Part shown: positions 1-11,200 of the stretch, in pieces
Numbering within the stretch: the first letter of the stretch is position 1
Layout: each line of letters starts with the position of its first letter
Source: Carcharhinus longimanus
Lineage: Eukaryota
Reading direction: 5' to 3'
Length of the DNA: 64,000 bases
NCBI GenBank assembly: GCA_030264375.1
Contig: JASCQW010000133.1
Location: 15,391,417 to 15,455,416, forward strand
Position numbers and translations under genes: made by a program
Notes under the pieces: generated by a model
The model's database searches: none
Told to the model about the DNA's origin: nothing
The model's input: only the letters and a program-made list of their open reading frames with translations

Positions 1-707
1 TTATTTTGGAGAGGAACAGCCTCAGGGGATCGCTGCTCTGACTGCTTCTTACCCCTTCTAGCAGTCACCCATGCATCTCTTTTAGGAGTAACTATCTCCC
101 TGTAACTTTTGTCAACAGCTGCCTCTGCTTCCCGAATGATTCTTAGTTTCTCCAGTCCCAGCTCCAGGTCCCTAACACGGTCCTCAAGGAGCTGCAAATG
201 GATGCACCTCCTGCAGGTGTAATCAGCCGCGACACTACCAGTGTCTCTCACCTCAAACATCGCACAGGAGGAACATCGGACTGCCTGCACTGCCATCCCT
301 ATTACTTCCCTTCCTCACTTTTCCAATTTATGGGGGTCCAGAGGAAAAAAAAACTACTTCCCAGGCCTCCCTGTGATTACTTCCTGTATCCGGTTTAAAA
401 TTAAAAAAAAGCTAGAGACGTTAGTTTAAAAAAAACACAGTAACTTACTCTCAAGCTCTCCTCTCACCAGTCGCTCCCTCTCTGATGTGCTCCCAAGGAA
501 CAATGAGGTTGATTCTACGAGGTGAGTAACTTTTAAAAGTGAAAAAAAAAACTACTTCCCAGGCCTCCCTGTGACTACTTCCTGTATCCGGTTTAAAATT
601 AAAAAAAAGCTAGAGATGTTAGTTTAAAAAAAAAGCACAGTAACTTACTCACAAGCTCTCCTCTCACCAGTTGCTCCCTCTCTGATGTGCTCCCAAGGAA
701 CAATGAG
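1..707 (-). mobile_element. 5' end of a CR1-clade LINE: 5' UTR plus uninterrupted start of ORF1 (ATG at 296, running off the window edge)
   Basis: Minus strand from 296 reads MAVQAVRCSSCAMFEVRDTGSVAADYTCRRCIHLQLLEDRVRDLELGLEKLRIIREAE...DAWVTARRGKKQ...VPLQN with no stop. The CxxC..CxxC plus coiled coil is typical of CR1 ORF1. Absent from the ORF track, probably because no stop lies in the window. Confidence 0.8.
345..707. repeat. Two near-identical ~165-bp direct repeats, period ~200 bp (345-507 and 542-707)
   Basis: actacttcccaggcctccctgtga.tacttcctgtatccgg...gtgctcccaaggaacaatgag appears twice. Confidence 0.95.
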
Positions 708-2149
708 CCTGTTTTCCCTTCTGTGGCCTATCCAGCTGATGATCTGGTGCTGAAACTCTCATCCACGTCTTTGTTACTTCTCATCTTAACCATTCTAATG
801 CACCCTTGGCTAAGCATGATCTCGTGTAATATTTGTTCTCACTGGATTCTGTTCCTCCTCAGCATTTTACTTGTGTCTGAGATTTTCGGGGACTTTATTC
901 CTACACTGTCAATGTAATACTTGAGTTTTGTGTGATTCTTGTTCCCTTGTGATAACACAGTAGAAGGTATTGAAATATTATAGAGGTTATTTAAGTGCAA
1001 GTTGAGGTTTCTGATCTCCTCGGGAATATGATTGAACGTTTCTTAGACATTGCAACATAGGCAAGTTTAGGACCAGGAAGCTTACGTATTTTGGATGGTT
1101 TGAATTTCTTTCCCCCAAATTCTGTCTTTCCATTTTATGACCTTTGTCAAGGCTGATGTTTTAAAAAATAAAACTTTCAGCTAATGGCTAAAACAGTGAC
1201 GTAACAAGATTTAATGTTTTAAATCTGAGAGGCGAAACACCATCTTTATAGCCTACTTGTAGTTTAAATCACAAAGCATAACATTCCCCTTTTGGTTTTG
1301 GCACAACCGAGAGCATGCTTCACAGATATACTTTACATTGTTCTTTAAGTAGGCATTCAATTCTCCCAGAACCAGTCCAAGTAATTCTTGTCTTCCTAGG
1401 GACCACTTCTCAGGATGGGAGCATTTGATCCCAAAAACTGTCTTTCACAGTGAGCGTTTTTCCAGAGATTTCCCTGTAGACAAATCTTTGAGCCTCATGA
1501 ATTTGATCTTTTCAGTCTGAGTTCCTCTCTGATCCCTGTGTAGTGAACCACAAAGTCATGCTGCCTGTGGCAGTTGCTTCTCTCCTGGATCCTGTAATTT
1601 GTCTGAGAGCTTCAGGGATATCTTGTTTCTCCTGTCAGACTCATTTCACATAGGCCTTGTATCCAGCTAGAAATGCTGATTTGCTGTCCTCGTGATCGAA
1701 ACATTTTTTAAACTGGATGAGCTTAAAGCGCAACTGTTTATAGCAAGNNNNNNNNNNNNNNNNNNNNNNNNNNNNNNNNNNNNNNNNNNCTGCGTTGCCA
1801 ACCTTGAACCATCTTCCTAGCAAAACAGTCTGGGCACCCTTTAATCTCTAACAATGAAAACACCCAAGCTTGCTGTCAGACAGCCTTTGGAAAAGGGTCA
1901 CTTGCCCCTATTTATTTTATCTTTAAGACACAGTCCCAAATCATAACCTCAGAATTGTAACAATGTCACCAAGTCCTTTTAACAGGAATTTGGTGATCTC
2001 TTAAATCAATTGATGCGATTTGCTTTGTACTTGCACCAAGTTTTAAATAACAACAGAATTGTACACATTTTATTTGGGGAACTGCCATTCCATCAAAGAA
2101 AGCTGGAGTGTGCCTTTTGTGTGATAGCGGAGTCATAGTTTCACTTGAT

Positions 2150-2438
2150 AAAAGCAAATTACTGCGGATGCTGGAAATTCTCAGCATCTGTACAGAGAGA
2201 AAAGAGCTGATGTTTTGAGTCCGGGTGACCCTTTGTCAAAGCTAAAGGGCATAGAAAATGGGAGATATTTATACTGCAAGGTAAGGGAATGAAAGATGAG
2301 TCATAGCCATGGAAATCAGGGAAAAGGCTGCTAATGGCAGACCATAGAGAGAATAAATAGAATAAACAGCAGAGGAGCTGAAGTCAGAGGGTAAGCAGTG
2401 ACAGATGAAGATGTGGGGGAGGGGAATGGGTGGGAGAA
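2150..2438 (-). mobile_element. Penelope-like element 3' terminal (pLTR) fragment
   Basis: Minus strand tttgacaaagggtcacccggactcaaaacatcagctc...gatgctgagaatttccagcatccgcagta; highly similar to the copy at 22437-22800. Confidence 0.7.
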
Positions 2439-2569
2439 NNNNNNNNNNNNNNNNNNNNNNNNNNNNNNNNNNNNNNNNNNNNNNNNNNNNNNNNNNNNNN
2501 NNNNNNNNNNNNNNNNNNNNNNNNNNNNNNNNNNNNNNGACCATATATGTTCACAGACTTAGAAAGTGA

Positions 2570-2710
2570 TTGTCCTATCACACCTAAGATATCTTATCAC
2601 ACTTGCACTCCAGTGATCTACATTGGCTCTTTGTCAAGTAACACACTGATTTTAAAATTTTCTTCCTTGCTTCCGAAACCTTTCATGGCCTCATCCACCC
2701 CCTTCTCTGT
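2570..2710 (+). mobile_element. L2-clade LINE 3' fragment
   Basis: gatctacattggctc...gattttaaaattttc...ttccgaaacctttcatggcctc, a decayed LHWL...FKI...FKSLHGL segment. Confidence 0.55.
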
Positions 2711-2765
2711 AATGTTCTCTAACCGACCGAGAAATCTAGGTTACATTTAATGCATTTCCAAATGT

Positions 2766-2823
2766 GGCATGGTAGCACAGTGGTTAGCACTGCTGCTTCA
2801 CAGCTCCAGGGTCCTGGGTTCGA
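2766..2823 (+). mobile_element. tRNA-derived SINE head (HE1/V-SINE-like)
   Basis: A-box/B-box: ggtagcacagtggttagcactgctgcttcacagctccagggtcctgggttcga. Confidence 0.75.
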
Positions 2824-3440
2824 GGAGGAGGAGGAGGAGAAAATGGATAGAAGAGAGATAAAATTTAGAAGGGGAAGGGAAAAGTAAGGGAAGGGGGAAT
2901 AAAGTAGGGGAAAAGAGTGGAAGGAGAAGAAAAATGAAGGAAGACAAAGAAATAAAAAGTAGAGAACAGTAAAAAAAAGTTGAAACAAAGGGTAGAACTA
3001 ATCATCTGAAGTTGTTGAATTCGATGTTGAGACCGGAAGGCTGTAAAGTGCATAGCTGGAAGATGAGATGCTGTTCCTCCAGTTTGCGTTGAGCTTCACT
3101 GGAACCTTGCAGCAGGCCAAGAACAGATGTGGGCATGGGAGTAAGATCGTGAGTTAAAATGGCAAGCAACCTGAAGATCAGGATCCTGATCGCTGAGCAT
3201 CTTCGGTCTGTGCGCAAAGTGATCGCCCAGTCTGCACCTGGCCTCTCCGATATAGAGGAGACCACATTGGGAGCAGCGAATGCAATAAACCAAAGAGGTG
3301 CAAGTGAAACGTTGCTTGACCGGGAATGAGTGTTTTGGACCTTGGATGTAAGCATGGAAGAGATAAAGGGGCAGGTATTACATTTACAGTTGCACGGAGA
3401 AGTGCCATGAATGATGGGAGAGGTGTTGGGTATAACAATT
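2824..3440 (-). mobile_element. Penelope-like retroelement: frameshifted GIY-YIG endonuclease C-terminus plus pyrimidine-rich 3' UTR
   Basis: VYCIRCSQCGLLYIGEA..RLGDHFA, VACHFNS, and RKLEEQHLIFQLCTLQPSGLNIEFNNFR* split across frames; stop at 3002-3004. Confidence 0.9.
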
Positions 3441-4273
3441 GCTTTACTGAGCAGGCCTGATTCTTTTTGAGGTTTGTTTTTATTACAAATTAGGTAGGAA
3501 AGATTGTCTGCCTTAAACAAAAGAACCACACCACACAGTTTCCCGCAGGCAAGAAGCACTTGAGGGTGTAATTGTGGGTTGTTCAAACTTGATTTTTTGG
3601 GTTCCTACAAATGAAGCCAAATGGGACAGCAAATAGGGATGATATGCATGATCCCAGAATCAGGAGGAGGAAAAGTTCACTGTTGGAGTGCGTAGAGAAA
3701 GTACTTACTAAATTGTTTTCTTCAGAATTTGACCAATTGAGAAATTGCTTTTAGCATCTTCGAGATGTATCTCGTGCAATAGAAGGGGACTGTATTCGTC
3801 TTAAGGGAGATGTCTTTAAATAGAGCATTAGATTAACTTTGTTTTGCATAGCTCAACCCATGAAAACATAGGCATAGATATGTTAAGTACGTTGATATTA
3901 CAAGGCTGCTGCTAAGTGAGCATGACCATCACAGGATTCATACTTGTTTTTAAATAAAGCCAAATGATTGATTTAGCTGCTGGTGAACATGTTGGCATTG
4001 GATTTGTAAAGTTTTTCTATTTATTTGTACTTCCTCTCATGTTAAATTTTTTTACACTTGTTCTGTTTTACTTTTTCTTGTTTTGTTATTCCCTGCTTCT
4101 GTAAGTTGAGATTTCAACCAATGTAGCTGCTCTTACTGCGAATGGAAAGTTGAAATAATTTTCTAGCTAATTGCCTTCATCGAGCTAATTCACTCTTAAT
4201 CACTGGTTTAGGTAACCTCTGATCAACCTTATGGTAATGAATGCATAATTTGTCGACGCTCCATAGGATAATA

Positions 4274-4353
4274 CAGCAGCCTCCAAACTCCGATCTGGAT
4301 GTGGCACTTTGTGGGCTGGATGTGGCCCATGGGCTGCAGTTTGGAGACCTCTG
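4274..4353. mobile_element. 80-bp hAT-type MITE with an 8-bp TSD
   Basis: Imperfect TIRs cagcagcctccaaact / agtttggagacctctg; ggataata on both flanks (4266-4273 and 4354-4361). Confidence 0.85.
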
Positions 4354-4622
4354 GGATAATAGAACACTTAGGTCTCCAAGATGCAAGCATTTCATTCTTA
4401 GAGTTTTGTGGACGCGTTCTGTCTTTATCTGTGTGTGAAAATCATCTTAAAATTAAGATGAGTTTCACTGTTTGTGTGTTGGGGAAGGTATTATATGATT
4501 GTAGCGTAGTGGTCCTTACATATTCGAGTTTGACAACTTAGTTTTGTAATTTCCTTCTGAAAATACATGTAGTGCACTCAGTTCCATAATTGGTTATCTG
4601 AGGTATGGCATCTTGAAATGAA

Positions 4623-4865
4623 GATTCCTGGCTTGGGTCGCTGTCTGTGTGGAGTCTTCACGTTCTCCCTGTGTCTGTGTGGGTTTACTTAGGGTGCTCT
4701 GGTTTCCTTCCACAGTATGAAATATGTGCTGATTAGCTGCATTGACCATGCTAAATTCTCTGAGCGTACCTGAACAGGTACTGGAGAGTGGCAACTCAGG
4801 AATTTTCATAGTAACTTCATTGTGGTGTTAATGTGAACCTACTTGTGACACTAAAAATAGACTTT
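4623..4865 (+). mobile_element. V-domain SINE (HE1-related) with an alternative 3' tail
   Basis: gtctgtgtggagtcttcacgttctccctgtgtctgtgtgggttt...ggtttccttccacag core; tail gtaacttcattgtggtgttaatgtgaacctacttgtgacacta. Confidence 0.8.
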
Positions 4866-5140
4866 GGGTTTCAACTTACCTTTTTCCCACATGAACCATT
4901 TGCTGTTTTAACCATGCCACTTGGGATAGACATTGGGCAGAAAAGAAAATATTTTCTTGGAAAGGGTTTACATTTATATAGCCGCCTTCACAATCTCATG
5001 CCAACATCCTGCTTTGTATCCTTGTAAATGTCTGAGTACGTTGGTAGAACCTTAGAATCAACTTAGCAGCAGAATGCATTTTAAGATCAGAAGGTGTTGG
5101 AATAAGGTTTATATTTATGCTGTTTTAACTTTTTTTTTAG

Positions 5141-5224
5141 GTGTCTGATGGATAAGAACTTTGTCAGGATTGGAAAATGGTTTGTCAAACCCTATGAGAA
5201 AAATGAGAAGCCTGTCAATAAAAG
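5141..5224 (+). CDS. MED13L: MED13L coding exon (~exon 4), 84 nt
   Basis: tttttttag|G TGT CTG ATG...AAA AG|gtaagc; [27 protein letters not shown]. Confidence 0.96.
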
Positions 5225-8200
5225 GTAAGCATTATTAAAAGGCATTTGCCTACTTCATTGTTGTTACCAATTGTGATATGTTAAACTATATTTGATAGTA
5301 TTGAACCATTTTTTACATTTACAAGGAGAAGATTGGTGTTGAAAAACAAAATGTTTGAAAGTGCATGATGCAATTTTTTAGATAATTGTTTCTAAAGAAT
5401 GCAGGCAGTGATTCTTGCAAGATGCTCATTGTCCTCTCCTGTATTGTCCAAGGCCTACTTAATTTTCAGATTCAAAAACTATGCATTGTTGCTTGACGCC
5501 AGCTCTAAAAAAGTGACTGGGAGCCAAGAGACTTTCCTTGAGTCGCTATAACCTTTTCCACATGGCTGTTGCCCATGCAGGATACCAGAATATCTGGTAA
5601 TGCAGCTGTGAATGGAAATGGAGGAGTTGGAAATTATGGTAAACTCTTGCCAGGGCAAGATAACCTGTACTGACCTTGATTGGCATTTGTTCGTTTGTCA
5701 ACAATGCCTGATGCATCTGTTGAGTTTAGAATACAACTTGAAAAGTCCAGTTCTTACTAACATTTGCTTCTGGACAGATGTGGTGGTGCATGTAGACTAT
5801 GCATTTGATTTTTGGTTGCAGAATAACAAAATTGATTTTGCCAAAGGATTTCATATTCCTGAATGGATAATTGAATGAAACTTTTAATTACCATTGGGTG
5901 GGGATTGTCTGTTATCCTGTTAGATCTGTGGAGAAGAATTGCCTGCAGTATTTTGGCATTGTACCTCTGTTTCGTAAGTTAGACTGTGCAAAGAAATTTG
6001 ATAAAATTTTGGAGAAAAAAATTAAAGTTCAATATCTAACAACAGAGTGTTTCAGCAATAAATAAAATGTAACATCTCAGTTGCTGAATTATTTGTAGGT
6101 TATTGTGTGAGCAATTTTACCAGATTTCAACTTGTGCTTGTAGGCACAAGCATTCTGGTCGGAAATGTGGAAATCATGATCAATTATTAGGTAGTAAATT
6201 TTACCTAATGTCATGCAGCAGGGTCTTAAAATTATTGCTTTTAGGAGGAAATGTTTAGGTCACTTTTTCATGTTCATTAATGTGAAGTGCACAGCATAAA
6301 TGAACAGCTCATGACGTACCAATAATTAAATTTGTCCAGACTCTCTTATACAGCCTGTCAAACAGAATGTTGTCAGTTTTTGCAGTGATAATGAACTGGG
6401 TGACAGTGTTGAATAAGCAAAATAACAATTTTGTTTGAGTTTTACTGAGAGGAAAAATAGTCTAAGCCTTCAGACAAGATGGGGAATCGATTCAACCAAT
6501 ATTGTTGGGGATTTTGGTTAATCCGGTTAAATGGTAGATAGTGAAAAGAAGTATTGAATGTGTTCGTCTGTTAGTTTTCATTTGCTTTATTTATTTGATG
6601 TTGTGAATTATTTTGATTCCATGCATCAAACTCTACTGCCTTGGGTGGCAGGAAATGGTAAAATGAGATCATGTAATCCATCAGTGTTGAAGACAATGCG
6701 AGTGTGAATTACTTAGAAGTGAATGGGTGAAAACAGTATGAATTATACACCAAAGCTTTATGTTTACCAGTAACTTTGTATTGTTCTCATGTCTTTGTGT
6801 GAAAGGAACAAGTTGAAATATATTGCATATATTGCTCATTATTTATTATATTTTTAAACTGCATTCACATGATTTTTACAAATTGGGAGTGTCTTGCAAC
6901 AACAAATATTATTATTGAATTTTCCAGTTTTAGTAAAAGCACATACATTAAAACTAATTTTACAGGTATCCCAGTTTGGAACATGTTCTAACAATGCATT
7001 TTCATTTCAGTGATTTTAAAAATGTGGAACTTGTCAGGAAAGTGCTGTTGGCCACAATCTTTAAGAACATAAGAACTAGGAGCTGGAGTAAGGCTATTTG
7101 GCCTCTCACACCTTCTCTGCCTTTCAATAAGATCATGGCTGATCTTTTTGTGGGCTCAGCTCCACTTGCCCTGACCCCGCTCACCTTAATCCTCAATCCC
7201 TTTACTGTTCAAAAATCTATCCACCTTTGCCTTAACATTTGAGGAGGTAGCCTCAACTGCTTCAATGGGCTAGAATTCCACAGATTCACAACCCTTTGAG
7301 TGAAGAAGTTCCTCCTCAACTCAGTCCTAAATCTGTTCCCCTCTTATTTTGAGGCTACGCCCCCTAGTTTTGGTTTCACCTGTCAGTGGAAACAACTTCT
7401 TTGCTTCTATATTATCTATTCCCTTCATAATTTTATGTTTCTATAAGATCCCCCCTCATTCTTCGAAATTCCAGTGAGTATAGTCCCAGTCTACTTGGTC
7501 TGTCCACATAAGCCAACCCCCTCAACTCAGGAATCAACCTAGTGAATCTCTTCTGTGCCCCCGCCAGTGCCAGTATATCTTTTCTCGAGTAAGGAGACCA
7601 AAACTACACAGTACTTCAGGTGTGGCCTCACCAGCACCTTATACAGCTGCAACATAACTTCCCGGTTTTTACTTCCATCCGTCTAGCAACGAAGGACAAA
7701 ATTCCATTTGCCACCTTAATTACCTGCTGCACCTGCAAACCAACTTTGTGATTTCTGCACAAGGACACCCAAATCCCTCTGCACAGCAGCATGCTGCATT
7801 TTTTTTTTACCATTTAAATAATAATCCAGTTTGCTGTTACTACTTTCAAAATGGATGACCTCACATTTACCAACATTGTACTCCATCTGCCAGACCCTTG
7901 CCCACTCAAAACTATTTATATCCCTTCGCAGACTTTGTGTCCTTTGCTTGACCACTCATCTCAGTGTTATCTGCAAACTTTGACGCATTACACTTGGTCC
8001 CCAACTTCAAATCATCTATGTAGATTGTGGTCCCAACACTGATCCCTGAGGTACACCACAAGTCACTGATTGCCAACTAGAAAAACACCCAATTATACTC
8101 GCACTGTTTTTTTTGTTAGTTAACCAATTCTCTGTCAATGCTAATACATTACCCGTAACGCCATGCACCTTTATCTTGTGCAACAGCTTTTTGTGCAGCA

Positions 8201-11200
8201 TCTTGTCAAATGCCTCCTGGAAATCCAAATACACTGCATTCACCAGTTCCCTGTGTTCTACTGCGCTTGTAATGTCCTCAAAGAATTCCACTAAATTAGT
8301 TAAACATAACCTGCCTTTCATGAAACCATATTGTGTCTTCCCAATGAGACAATTTATATTCAGATGTCTTGCTATTTCTTCCTTGATAGATTCAAGCATT
8401 TTCCCCTCTACAGAGNNNNNNNNNNNNNNNNNNNNNNNNNNNNNNNNNNNNNNNNNNNNNNNNNNNNNNNNNNNNNNNNNNNNNNNNNNNNNNNNNNNNN
8501 NNNNNNNNNNNNNNNNNNNNNNNNNNNNNNNNNNNNNNNNNNNNNNNNNNNNNNNNNNNNNNNNNNNNNNNNNNNNNNNNNNNNNNNNNNNNNNNNNNNN
8601 NNNNNNNNNNNNNNNNNNNNNNNNNNNNNNNNNNNNNNNNNNNNNNNNNNNNNNNNNNNNNNNNNNNNNNNNNNNNNNNNNNNNNNNNNNNNNNNNNNNN
8701 NNNNNNNNNNNNNNNNNNNNNNNNNNNNNNNNNNNNNNNNGGGACCTGGGTTTGATTCCCGGCTCGGGGTCACTGTCTGTGTGGAGTTTGCACATTCCCC
8801 TCATGTCTGCGTGGGTTTCCTCCGGGTGCTCCGGTTTCCTCCTACAGGCCAAAGATGTGCTGGTTAGGTTGATTAGCCATGCTAAAATTGCCCCTTAGTG
8901 TCCTGAGATGTGTAGGTTAAAGGGATTAGCGGGTAAATGTGTAGGGATATGGGGGTAAGGCCTGGATGGGATTGTGGTCGGTGCAGACTCAATGGGCCTA
9001 AGGGCCCCTCTCTACACTGTAGGGTTCTATGATTCTATGATCCTTTTATTAGATTTTGCACGATTGCTAAGTTAGTATTGCACGTGTTAAAAAGCGTGCC
9101 AAAGTTCAGTTTGATTCATACTAATCCAGTTTATAAATCTCCTTTCAGCTTCCTGCCTGAAACTACCTGAATTTATGTACTTGGCAACAAAATAAAAATA
9201 CATCCATGTATGTGCCTTGTGGTACAGAACAAACCATTTTTGGCCTATCCAAGTTCAGGGACAGCATTTAGTTCCTCTTCTTTTCCTTCTCAGCATGAAC
9301 ATGTCACCAAGTAGACTGAGCACAACCAAAATGCGTACTGAGTGGGTGATGCCCATGCCTGTGATTCATAGGAATGACTGTGAATTGAAATTTGGGAAGC
9401 GTCTCATTGCTCTATCATGTTGCCAAATAGAATTCAGACACTGGTTCCAGCCTCAACACCTCAGCAGATCCACAAACTTGATGTCCCATCTCTTCTCTCT
9501 CTCCCCCTGCCCCCNNNNNNNNNNNNNNNNNNNNNNNNNNNNNNNNNNNNNNNNNNNNNNNNNNNNNNNNNNNNNNNNNNNNNNNNNNNNNNNNNNNNNN
9601 NNNNNNNNNNNNNNCTTTGTCCCCCACCCCCCCCCCCATGATGTCATCACTCCAGGAGCTATCCAGGCCGCCCAGCCTTCCTCCTATAATTGTTAGCTCA
9701 CCAGCCTCTGGCTGGCCTCCCATATGTTCAACCAGGTTTATGGCTCCAGATTACCTTTCTGTGACAGGGCCTCATCCTTTGCTTGGTATACAGTTTATGT
9801 TCTCAAAGTAGTTCAGGCTGCCTGAATGGGCAGAGAGATTGTGGGTGTCAAGGAGCAGCTGGGGCTGGCTCAGGTGATCAGAGAGGCTGGGTGTCCACCA
9901 TCAGGTCATGGGCAAGTCCTGTTGCACCCAGAACCAATTCTTGTCCTGTAACAGTACTCTTGCCCTTGTAAGGAAGATTTCTGGCAGCATCTCTTAATGA
10001 TGTGCTCTTTTCATTTAGATGTCATTCAGGTTTTTTTCAGGTTCCACTTCTGTCCAGTGCAATTACAACGAACAGGGAGGAAGGCAGTGGGTAGTGCTCT
10101 GGGATAGAATGTAAAGCAGCCTTTTTGCATATTTAGCAAGCTGTCTTTTCAAGAACACGGATGTGTTAAACAAGGGCTAGGTGTATTATTTATTGTGCTA
10201 TGGGACATAAGAAAAAGTTCTGTAAAAATGCAATTGTAGAATCATTGGCTTCCTTCTGCATTGCAGGGACTCTATTCTAAGCCACCAATCTATCAGGCAA
10301 GCCTTCGAATTACTGAGCTGTGCCTTACAATTTAACATTTCCACATGTCAGGATGTTTTATGAGTTCACATTATGTTTAAAAGTTTATATTTCCCGCTCA
10401 AAATACGCAAGCTTAAGAATTGGACATAATTTTTCGGCTCAATAGTTTTCACAAATACATGGAGTTACGGGCCAGGTTGGGGGTGGGCCTCGCTGGGATG
10501 CTCTGTCAGTGTTGGTGCAGACTTGATGGGCTGAATGGCCTCCTGCACTGCAGGGATCCCACCCAGGCCCACCCCCATCTGAGCCCATAACTCTAGGTAT
10601 TTTAAAAAACTGTTGAGCTGAAAAATTATGTCCAGTTCTTAAGCTTGCATATTTCATGTGGGAAGTATAAACTTTTAAATATAATATGTGAACTAGTAAA
10701 ATATCTTGACATGTGGAAATGTTAAATTGTAAGGCATAGCTTAGTAATTCAAAGGTTTGCCTGATCGGTTGGTGGCTTGCTTTGTCATAGAATAGAATCC
10801 CTACAGTGCAGAAGGAGGTCATTTGGCCCATTGAGTCTGCACCCACCAGAATTCCATCCAGGACCTATTCCTGTAACCCACATATTCACCCTGCTAATCA
10901 CCTGATGCTAAGGGGCAATTTAGTATGGCCAACGAATCTATTCTGTGCATTTTTTGGACTGAGGGAGGAAACCAGAGCACCCGGAGGAAATCCATGCAAA
11001 CACAGGGAAAATGTGCAAACTCCACACAGACAGTGACCCGAGGCCAGAATTGCACCCGGACCACTGGCGCTGTGAGGCAGCAGTGCTAACCACTGTGCTG
11101 CCCATTTGTATACTATTTGTGTGGAAAGTAAATGTATTTGTCACCTTTTTTTGAAAACTGTTTATTTANNNNNNNNNNNNNNNNNNNNNNNNNNNNNNNN

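Noticed and set aside
345-707. CRISPR-like array or prokaryotic system
   Set aside because: Only two long units, in a eukaryotic intron next to a LINE ORF1; no spacer architecture or cas genes anywhere in the window.
736-760. CTGATGA...GAAA hammerhead-like match
   Set aside because: The intervening tctggtgct cannot form stem II, and the GAAA belongs to an L2 remnant (gctgaaactctcatccac).
2766-2823. tRNA gene
   Set aside because: It has A/B boxes but no complete cloverleaf and matches the SINE heads elsewhere in the window.
8016-8898. Long ORFs of 278, 261 and 178 aa
   Set aside because: Artefacts of reading through a 325-N gap that joins CR1 and SINE fragments.
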